From Nitrospirota bacterium (GTDB lineage: Bacteria; Nitrospirota; UBA9217): a DNA stretch of 64,000 nt. Below are positions 8,513 to 16,224 of the stretch, piece after piece; within the stretch, counting starts at the first letter, position 1; each line of letters starts with the position of its first letter. The notes below the pieces were generated by a model. That model worked only from the letters and a program-made list of their open reading frames with translations. It was not told where the DNA came from and did no database searches. A program made the translations under genes and the position numbers. The stretch lies in contig CAVVUN010000015.1 of the NCBI GenBank assembly GCA_963751455.1, positions 192,001 through 256,000 of the forward strand, given 5' to 3'.

Positions 8513-10055
8513 TCCGAAATTAAATACAATCGCACATTGGAGGGATAAAATAAATTTTGCTTATTTGGCAAGCAGCGGCGTCGAAGACTGCGCCGAGCGA
8601 ATTACCGACATTATTGAAAGCCCTGATTTTTTGTCTTTTCTATGGAAAGAGTTTTCATATTGGCGAGCGAATATTTATACGTCAGATCCAGACGGACATT
8701 TTGAGTGCCTTCATAGGGGCATAGACAATAAGAGACTTGCTTTTCAGATCAGAGTGCCTTGGCTTTGTATTCACATGGACAATAATGGGACACTTTCGCC
8801 AAAACTAGAAAGAGCTTATAAAGTCATAAGAAACAGTGAAAAACCGCAATTAGCTGACGAGAATTTTCGAGATGAATATGAAGCAAAATTATTTGATAAG
8901 AGACAGAGAGAGGAGATTACAAGTTCAACACGGCTTTATCATTGGTACAAAAATCACTGCAAAGATATGCGCAGATTTAATGAACTTTGCATTGTAGTAA
9001 CCGAAGGGGAGATGCTCTTCTATCGACTGATGACTGATCTCGACTTTAGGGGCCAAATAACGGCGAGAGAAACGAATAAAGTGATTGAATGGATAAACGA
9101 CAATGCAAAAAATAACGATGTCATAAATCTCATATCTCCACTAAAAGTGGCCGACTTCATTAAAAGTCTTCATGGAAAAAAAATTACGTTAACTACAGAT
9201 CGGGTAGACTTAGCATGGGATACTACTAAAATTAACCCCAAACGCGAAATGACTATCTTGAAAAGCAGGAATATTGTTTTTTTCCCGTGTGGCAAATTTT
9301 ATTCGCATGACCACTTATCTGAGGTTTTTTTCTTAGGCAGCTTTTATGATACTAAAAAGATGTTGGATAATATATCTGCTATTATTGCATTGTTCTCGGA
9401 TTTAGCTTTCAAAGGAATTAGTTTATATGAGCAGAAGCTTGGTGAGGAAAAACTCATTTATGATAGGCATCATGAATTCGGCAATACCATTGCGCGGTTA
9501 CAAAGTACCTTTAATCGAAATTTATCTCCAAACCAAAAATTACGAGAAATACGAAAGAAAATAGCTCTGCTTAGGGAATGCTATTATGACTGGATAGACC
9601 CTAAGCGTCTTGAGTCAATTGAAAAGGTCGATATTTCTCAAATATTAAAAGAACTAAAGAATTTGTCGGAATCAACTCCGTATCCCAAGCATTTCAGCCA
9701 TCTCAAAAGCATTTATTATGTCAAAGCGAACAAGAGACTTCTTTCGAGTTCTATATTCGAACTTATACGTAACTCTATCAAACATACAAACGAAACACTC
9801 ATAGATAATTACCTTAAAATCAGTGCCAAGATAGAAAATAACAGAGTATTTATAACGATCTCAGATATGGCAAACAGTCTTACAGAAGAGATTTTCAAGG
9901 AATCTGCAAATAATCCTATTTTGAACCAGAACGGAGCGCATAAAGGTTTATATACTTCAAGAAAATATATCGAAAAACTTGGCGGCACTCTTTCGTTTCA
10001 TCCTAAACAGCCGAGAGGATCAATATTAATTATAACTCTTCCAGTGGAGCGATAA
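8505..10055 (+). CDS. soluble sensor histidine kinase with a large unrecognised N-terminal domain
   Basis: H-box HHEFGNTI, N-box ELIRNSIKH, degenerate G1 (ISDMAN), G2 HKGLYTSRKYIEKLGG; no obvious TM segment. Confidence 0.8.
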   Translation: MSNPKLNTIAHWRDKINFAYLASSGVEDCAERITDIIESPDFLSFLWKEFSYWRANIYTSDPDGHFECLHRGIDNKRLAFQIRVPWLCIHMDNNGTLSPKLERAYKVIRNSEKPQLADENFRDEYEAKLFDKRQREEITSSTRLYHWYKNHCKDMRRFNELCIVVTEGEMLFYRLMTDLDFRGQITARETNKVIEWINDNAKNNDVINLISPLKVADFIKSLHGKKITLTTDRVDLAWDTTKINPKREMTILKSRNIVFFPCGKFYSHDHLSEVFFLGSFYDTKKMLDNISAIIALFSDLAFKGISLYEQKLGEEKLIYDRHHEFGNTIARLQSTFNRNLSPNQKLREIRKKIALLRECYYDWIDPKRLESIEKVDISQILKELKNLSESTPYPKHFSHLKSIYYVKANKRLLSSSIFELIRNSIKHTNETLIDNYLKISAKIENNRVFITISDMANSLTEEIFKESANNPILNQNGAHKGLYTSRKYIEKLGGTLSFHPKQPRGSILIITLPVER

Positions 10056-10056
10056 A

Positions 10057-11580
10057 ATGAACTTTTACAGATTCCTTGTCGTTGATGATGAAAATGATAT
10101 TCGACATAGTCTGGAAATGCTTCTTAAAAAACATTATAAAAAGTCACAAGTCTTCACTGAAAGTAACGGTGTGGATGCAATTAAAACATTAAGACATAAT
10201 AAAGTTGATCTGATTATTTCGGATATGATAATGCCTGCTATGGATGGGATGGATTTACTGCATCAGGTGAAATCGGAAATGCCTGATATTCAGTTTATTA
10301 TGATAACCGGATATGCGACAGTTGAAAGCGGCGTACGCGCTATGAAAGAGGGGGCATCTGACTATATAACGAAACCTTTTGATGAAGATGCTGTCATACT
10401 TCAAGTATCAAGATGTCTCAAAATGAAAAAATTGCAGGAAATCGATCTTAGGAATTCGGCAGCTCTTGAGGGATTAATTTTTAAGAGTAAAAAGATGAAG
10501 GAATTAACAGATGAAATTGAAAAAATTTCTGCTGAAGAAGCAGAAGTTCTAATTACGGGAGAATCAGGCGTCGGTAAAGATTTGGTGGCAAGACTCATTC
10601 ACTACAATCATAAAAGTAAGCGTAAGACTTTGCCTTTTTTGAATCAAAATTGTGCTGCAATACCTGACAGCCTTTTAGAAAGTATATTATTCGGTCACAA
10701 AAAGGGTACTTTTACAGGAGCAACTGACGATGCGGATGGGCTTTTCAAAAAGGCAGACGGGGGAACAATATTTCTGAACGAGATAGGCGATATGCCTCTT
10801 CTATTACAAGCAAAAGTTCTGAATGTAATTGAGAGCCAAGATTTTAGACCGGTAGGTGGTACAGAGAACATAAAAGTGAATGTGAGATTAATTTCTGCAA
10901 CTAACAAGGACTTGAGTGAAGAAATCGAGAAAGGTACATTTAGAAGTGATCTTTACTGGAGGATTAGTACATATCCGATAAAAATCCCAGCTCTGAGGGA
11001 AAGAAGAGAAGATATCGCAGACTTGTCAAAGCATTTTATTAAAACTATTTCTATTAATAATGGGAAAGAAATTAAAGATATTTCTTCTAATGCTCTTTCG
11101 CTTCTTGAAGCATATCCTTTCCCAGGAAATGTAAGAGAATTACGAAGTATTATTTTGCGTGCTAGCATTTCATGCAATGGTGATATGATCGAACCCGCGC
11201 ATCTCCCAGAATATATCAAATCATATAAAGAAGGTAATGCAAGTAAAAAATTTACCGATCTCTCTAATATTGGATTGGCAGACGTAGTAAAGAGTTTTCG
11301 AGCTCACGGCTCTTTCGACAAGTCAGATAAACTGGGACAGCTAGTAGAAAATATAATTGACCAAAACAAGGGCAATGTTACTGAACTCTGTAGTAAATTG
11401 AAAACCACTTCTTTAAGCTGGCAAATCGGAACTACACCTGACAAAATAAATCGCGCAGTCAATCAAAGCAATGGGAAGCTTTTCTATGCTGTTGTTGATA
11501 ACGGAAAAGTCAAAAAATGCGAGCAGAAAAGAAAAACGAAGAATTGCTTTGTCTATGCAGCCAGCAAATTAAACGACTAG
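10057..11580 (+). CDS. sigma54-dependent response regulator (REC-AAA+, NtrC family)
   Basis: LVVDDE, ISDMIMP, YITKPF; GESGVGKD, GTFTGA, FLNEIGD, ATNKDL, FPGNVREL. Confidence 0.93.
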   Translation: MNFYRFLVVDDENDIRHSLEMLLKKHYKKSQVFTESNGVDAIKTLRHNKVDLIISDMIMPAMDGMDLLHQVKSEMPDIQFIMITGYATVESGVRAMKEGASDYITKPFDEDAVILQVSRCLKMKKLQEIDLRNSAALEGLIFKSKKMKELTDEIEKISAEEAEVLITGESGVGKDLVARLIHYNHKSKRKTLPFLNQNCAAIPDSLLESILFGHKKGTFTGATDDADGLFKKADGGTIFLNEIGDMPLLLQAKVLNVIESQDFRPVGGTENIKVNVRLISATNKDLSEEIEKGTFRSDLYWRISTYPIKIPALRERREDIADLSKHFIKTISINNGKEIKDISSNALSLLEAYPFPGNVRELRSIILRASISCNGDMIEPAHLPEYIKSYKEGNASKKFTDLSNIGLADVVKSFRAHGSFDKSDKLGQLVENIIDQNKGNVTELCSKLKTTSLSWQIGTTPDKINRAVNQSNGKLFYAVVDNGKVKKCEQKRKTKNCFVYAASKLND

Positions 11581-11726
11581 CAATACATTTATAATCCATT
11601 TGCTTCGCATTTGCCGCAGAAAGTTCGCTAGTAAAATAAAATAACTGCCTCTCGCACAAACCTCCATCCGCATAAGTCCTTATTTCAAAAACGATATCTC
11701 TATCCCCACTCCGATATGTTACCCCT

Positions 11727-11742
11727 TGGTACTAGCTTTGCA
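11727..11742 (+). promoter_or_regulatory. sigma54 (-24/-12) promoter of operon 2
   Basis: TGGTACTAGCTTTGCA, GG-N10-GC spacing. Confidence 0.75.
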
Positions 11743-11852
11743 TATAACTATGTAATTAAGTCTTCAGTTGATATTCACGTGAAGAAGTAGACTTTTTAAA
11801 AGGGGGTAAAACTAATGCATAAAATAAAAATTGATTATGGGTAGATAAAAGC

Positions 11853-11971
11853 GCTACCGACGGCCGTTCCAGCGGCCATCGGTAGCTGGGCAGGAAACCA
11901 TGCAGTCCCTTGTCGGTCCTACAATGAGCCCGCCGTACCGTAAATATAACATTTTTATAGTCGGCGGTCTC
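11853..11971 (+). ncRNA. structured GC-rich 5' leader (unidentified cis-regulatory RNA candidate)
   Basis: Long hairpin GCTACCGA-cGGCCG..CGGCC-aTCGGTAGC (11853-11886) and GAGcCCGCCG...CGGCGGtCTC (11926-11971) ending just before the AGGAGG RBS. Confidence 0.5.
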
Positions 11972-11990
11972 CAAAAAAGGAGGTTCACCC

Positions 11991-13268
11991 ATGGAACAGA
12001 TCGCTGACATTAGCAACCGGCGCATTATTAAACGGAATTCTGGACTTACCGCAACAGCAGCTGCTTTTTGCCTCGCTCCCTTCTTCTGTGATGGGGCAAT
12101 TCCAAAACGTATCGAGATCGAAGACATCGAAAAGATTTATTCCAGCCACACACCTCTCATTGTAAAACTCTTGACCGCAGATAGCGGTTGGTATGCCATC
12201 AGTGGCAAAGAATTATTCCTTACACACGAAGGCGATGCATCACAGCTGCATGTCGGCGAAATGACTTGGATGGCATCATCGCTGGCAGCAATGATGGACG
12301 GCGGGCGACATATGAAGGGAGTCATCGCCGCGAGCAAAATAATAGGGTCAGCAAGCACCTATACTCCATACCTGAAAGAAATTAAAACGATTCTCGACAG
12401 TGGCGGGATCACTCAACTGGTGGAAATCGGTCAAGGTTCCGGAGAGTGCATTTGCCAACTGCTTGCCTCGTACCCGACTGTCACTGGTTTAGCAATCGAT
12501 CTCGATCACGAAGCAGCAAAATTAACAAACAAGACCGCCAGCAAATTCGGCGTAAGTGACAGACTAACCGTAATTACCGGCGACGTGAATGACGGCTTGC
12601 CCGAGGATCACTTGTCCGGGAAGATGCTCATAATCGCGGGGTTCGTAATGCACGATTTTGTCGATATCGCCGCGGGAATCCAAACATTGAGTAGGGTAAT
12701 CCCGGTTGGCACGAGAGTCGTTCTTGCGGAGTTGGTCAGTAAGGTATCAGACGATCCGTTCGCAACCGCGATTATCGGGTTCCATTGTAAAAGTGGAAAA
12801 GATATTCCATCAACCGATCAGTGGAAGCAGATATTTCATGACGCCGGTCTTCATGTCGAAAATATCGAAAAGTACGCTGTAATGCCCGGGGCGGCAATAT
12901 TCAACCTGGTAAAATCTAATCCAACACCTCGTTTCATCCCAGCGGCGCAAAAGATATTTTCGAATCATGATGAGGAAGTTTTTACGCTAGATCTGGCCGC
13001 GCTCCAGCTACGGCACGCAGTAGAATCCGCCCTAGTGGATATGTCCCAATTTCCTGAAGGAATCAGTTCTGGTCACACTCACGACTGCGATGAGACGTAC
13101 ATCATTACTTCCGGCGTTGTCGATGTAATTGTTGATGGGGTGACCAAGCAGGTAACGGGGCCAATCGCGGTTTACATCCCTGCCGGATGCACCCATCATT
13201 GGAAGCCGGTTGATGTAAAAAAAGGCGATCATATAATCGGTTTTTTCACAAAGGGAGGTTCAAAATGA
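11991..13268 (+). CDS. MppJ/MrsA-like (2-oxo-acid C-methyltransferase-like) SAM methyltransferase fused to a C-terminal cupin
   Basis: EIGQGSGE..L..YP.VTGLAID, GFVMHDF and GFH...IPSTDQW..IF..AG resemble MppJ; cupin HTHDCDE...IPAGCTH. Confidence 0.7.
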   Translation: MEQIADISNRRIIKRNSGLTATAAAFCLAPFFCDGAIPKRIEIEDIEKIYSSHTPLIVKLLTADSGWYAISGKELFLTHEGDASQLHVGEMTWMASSLAAMMDGGRHMKGVIAASKIIGSASTYTPYLKEIKTILDSGGITQLVEIGQGSGECICQLLASYPTVTGLAIDLDHEAAKLTNKTASKFGVSDRLTVITGDVNDGLPEDHLSGKMLIIAGFVMHDFVDIAAGIQTLSRVIPVGTRVVLAELVSKVSDDPFATAIIGFHCKSGKDIPSTDQWKQIFHDAGLHVENIEKYAVMPGAAIFNLVKSNPTPRFIPAAQKIFSNHDEEVFTLDLAALQLRHAVESALVDMSQFPEGISSGHTHDCDETYIITSGVVDVIVDGVTKQVTGPIAVYIPAGCTHHWKPVDVKKGDHIIGFFTKGGSK

Positions 13269-14335
13269 TCAAGCATGCATTAAAAAAAGGGATCTTATTC
13301 AAACCTATAATCGGCGCGTCGATTCAGAATCCTTCGCTTGCGAAACTTTTTGCTCATATTTACGCGCTTGCCGGAGCTCTTCTTATAGATGTTCGAGGAG
13401 AAGCAAAAATGGTAAGGGCTGTCAGAGAGGGTATAAAGGAAGCAGGCGGATCCACAGCAGTAATAGCAAGCGTCAGCCCCATGCAGAACGATCCGCATTT
13501 TTTAAAGGCAGCCATCGACTGGATGGCTTGCGAAGGTTGCGGACAGTGTGAGGCTGTATGCCCACATGGCGCGATCAGCATTTTGGAAATCAATAAGGCG
13601 AGAGTTACAACGGAGAATTGTCGTGGTTGCGGTCATTGTTTGGACGTATGTCCGTCAACGGCCATTAAGCTGACCGATCCAGAACGTGCCGATTCGCTTC
13701 AAGGGATTGTGCGTGAATGCATGGACGCTGGAGCAGACAGTATTGAGTTTCACCTGAGCGGAATGAACGATAATGAAGTCCATTCTGTTATCAGCAGTCT
13801 GAAAGATGAAATCCGTACCATTAATAGCGGAGGTTATCCCGTTTCGATATGCGTTGGTAGCCTTCAATCTAGTCCTGCTGAGATACTCGAAGTAGTGAAA
13901 ATGCTGATCAGTCTTTTAGGAAGTGAAGGCTTCTTTATACAGGCTGACGGCGAGACAATGGCAGAGACAAAGCGTGGCTACGGTCTCCAAAGTTTAGCAC
14001 TTGTATCGCTCATTACCGGTGCTTATCCGAATGTAAGGGTTATTGCAAGCGGCGGGACGACTGAGAAGACCTGGGATGTAGCAAGAATGTTAAAGATACC
14101 GATCTCAGGCATTGGGATGGGGCTACGATCCTTTGAGGCCGTAAAACCTTACATTTTCGGTGACCAAATTTCAGATGTGACAGACGCTGTCAGCGCGGCA
14201 AGAACTCTATCGTGTCCGTTCGAATCAATGAACAATGACCACGACGAAACACTTTTCAAGGGCAGTGCGTGGCATACTTTGAATTCAAGGGAGGCATACA
14301 ATGAAACAATCATTACAGAATCCAAATGGTCTTAG
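13265..14335 (+). CDS. LdpA-like 2x[4Fe-4S] protein
   Basis: FKPIIGAS, YALAGA..IDV, DPHFLKA, two CxxCxxCxxxCP motifs, GADSIEFH, QADG, SGGT follow the cyanobacterial LdpA pattern. Confidence 0.8.
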   Translation: MIKHALKKGILFKPIIGASIQNPSLAKLFAHIYALAGALLIDVRGEAKMVRAVREGIKEAGGSTAVIASVSPMQNDPHFLKAAIDWMACEGCGQCEAVCPHGAISILEINKARVTTENCRGCGHCLDVCPSTAIKLTDPERADSLQGIVRECMDAGADSIEFHLSGMNDNEVHSVISSLKDEIRTINSGGYPVSICVGSLQSSPAEILEVVKMLISLLGSEGFFIQADGETMAETKRGYGLQSLALVSLITGAYPNVRVIASGGTTEKTWDVARMLKIPISGIGMGLRSFEAVKPYIFGDQISDVTDAVSAARTLSCPFESMNNDHDETLFKGSAWHTLNSREAYNETIITESKWS

Positions 14336-15074
14336 GATCTTTTTCGAGGAAGAGCTTTCGAAGTTCGTCACTTTCTTAAAGGTAGGCACTGAGTCTGAGG
14401 CTATGATGTTGCCATTCATAGCAATGCTGATAAACCTTGTGCGTAAGGAGAAGGTTGTTTGTAAAATTGGAGGACCTGATGCGCGCACAGACATTCATGA
14501 GATGTATCGGATCGGTATTCTTCGGTTTGTCGGTCCTATGATTGAGTCGCCCTTCGGTGTAAAAAAATTTATCGAGGCGATTACGAAAACCGTAGGATTG
14601 AGTTCAATTGAGGAGCTTACGATTAATGTCGAATCCATTACTGCATTCAACCAAATCGACGATATCCTTGCCGCTTCTAATGACCAGATCCATCGAATTA
14701 ATGTTGGCTTCAGCGATTTAGCAGCATCTGTTGGGGGCACAGTGACGGATCTGGAGCTGCTGAGAATGGCAAAAGAACTTCGAAATCGGTGCAAAATTAT
14801 CGGCAAGGAGTTCAGTTTTGGCGGAACGGTTACACCTGAGAATATTGAAAAGCGTCTTGAGTTCCTGGAACCGGATGGTTTTGAAACGAGGATGTTCGGA
14901 TTCTCTGGGACGATAGCTAATGCAGCCGTGGTGGTAAAAAAAGCTCTTGAGTTCGAGGCCGCTGTAGAAAGTTATTTCGCAGCCAATCAGCAGCGTCTCG
15001 TAAACGCAAGTATAAATCGTGCGGCATCCATTAACAAAAGATTGACAAGTGATTTTTTTACACTTGTCGCTTAA
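14301..15074 (+). CDS. HpcH/HpaI aldolase / citrate lyase beta family protein
   Basis: KIGGPDA, PMIES.F, INVES, G.SDLAAS, FETR. Confidence 0.8.
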   Translation: MKQSLQNPNGLRIFFEEELSKFVTFLKVGTESEAMMLPFIAMLINLVRKEKVVCKIGGPDARTDIHEMYRIGILRFVGPMIESPFGVKKFIEAITKTVGLSSIEELTINVESITAFNQIDDILAASNDQIHRINVGFSDLAASVGGTVTDLELLRMAKELRNRCKIIGKEFSFGGTVTPENIEKRLEFLEPDGFETRMFGFSGTIANAAVVVKKALEFEAAVESYFAANQQRLVNASINRAASINKRLTSDFFTLVA

Positions 15075-15126
15075 CACACAACGACGGGGGAGGTAACGCC
15101 TCCCCCAATTATAAAAGGAGATTATC

Positions 15127-15855
15127 ATGACAAACATACTTCACTATAACGCCCCTGATTTAATGGAATTTGATAGTGTAATAACCGGCATCCGCAGTGA
15201 TGGCAGCGAAGTAATATTGGCGGAAACCTGCTTCTATAGCGAAGGCGGCGGGCAACCGAGTGATTTTGGACAAATAGATGTCAACGGTACGATATACAAA
15301 GTTACTGCAGTAAGAACCCTCGGGGACACGGTTTACCATAGCGTCGACCGTAATGTTACGAGTGGAATCGTCGGTGCAACCGTCCACGGCAGTGTAGACA
15401 AGGGCAGAAGGAAGTATCATTCTCGGCATCATAGTGCCTTGCATTTGCTGAATGCGTTTATGTTTCAGAACTTTAACGTCCGTGTGACAGGCGGGCAGGT
15501 GGGAACCCCCGGCGAGTTCAGTCGGCACGACTTTGAGCTTGATCGGGGTCTTTCACTGGAAGAACGGAGTCGTTTGGAAACATGGGTAAATCAGATCATT
15601 GCAGAAGACCGGCCTGTCACGGCAAGAATCTTTTCCGAAGAAGAAGCAAAGCTCATTCCGGGTTTCTGCCGAACACGTAACGTTGATATCCGAAAAACCA
15701 ATGGCGGAATAAGAGGAATAGAAATAGCAGGAGTCGACATCCAGGCATGTGGAGGAACTCACGTGAGCCGCACCGGAGAAATCGGTAAGTTCAGGGTTCA
15801 GAAGATTGACAACAAAGGATCGAATTTACGGCGAATCAAGATTATGCTCGCCTGA
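15127..15855 (+). CDS. alaX: free-standing alanyl-tRNA editing protein (AlaX-M type)
   Basis: TCFYSEGGGQPSD.G, HSALH (HxxxH), CGGTH (CxxxH), TGEIG. Confidence 0.92.
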   Translation: MTNILHYNAPDLMEFDSVITGIRSDGSEVILAETCFYSEGGGQPSDFGQIDVNGTIYKVTAVRTLGDTVYHSVDRNVTSGIVGATVHGSVDKGRRKYHSRHHSALHLLNAFMFQNFNVRVTGGQVGTPGEFSRHDFELDRGLSLEERSRLETWVNQIIAEDRPVTARIFSEEEAKLIPGFCRTRNVDIRKTNGGIRGIEIAGVDIQACGGTHVSRTGEIGKFRVQKIDNKGSNLRRIKIMLA

Positions 15856-15871
15856 TTAAAATTAATTTCCT

Positions 15872-15912
15872 GGGAAAGGTGAGATGGGAAACCCACCTAT
15901 CTCACCTTTTTT
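15872..15912 (+). terminator. Rho-independent terminator ending operon 2
   Basis: AAAGGTGAGATGGG..CCTATCTCACCTTT followed by a T run. Confidence 0.8.
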
Positions 15913-16062
15913 CACATGACCAACATGATTTCAATATAACATTAATTTGCTTTTTCGAGATGTCAGAATGGAGAATTTCGATTATTCATTTGATTCGCAA
16001 AGGACGCCTTTAACCTGCCAATATATAAAAGCAACTTAACCTCTGAACACTTTAAATCTGGC

Positions 16063-16090
16063 TTGACAAAAAAATGCAAGTCTATATAAT
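16063..16090 (+). promoter_or_regulatory. sigma70-type promoter
   Basis: TTGACA-N16-TATAAT upstream of the DNA methyltransferase. Confidence 0.7.
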
Positions 16091-16224
16091 CGGAAATACC
16101 ATCCAAGATAGGCACTTTCCTCTCGGCCAATAACAATTAATGCGGCCACCTGTAAATGTTAAATCAGAACCTTACTGTTTATCTCAAGCATTTTAACAAG
16201 GAGAGTTGTTAAGAGAAGAGCACA

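Noticed and set aside
11888-11909. SRP RNA or another known riboswitch (CAGG...GCAG resemblance)
   Set aside because: It lacks the SRP GGAA-tetraloop helix (CAGGTCCGGAAGGAAGCAG) and I recognise no other consensus; kept as an unknown leader instead.
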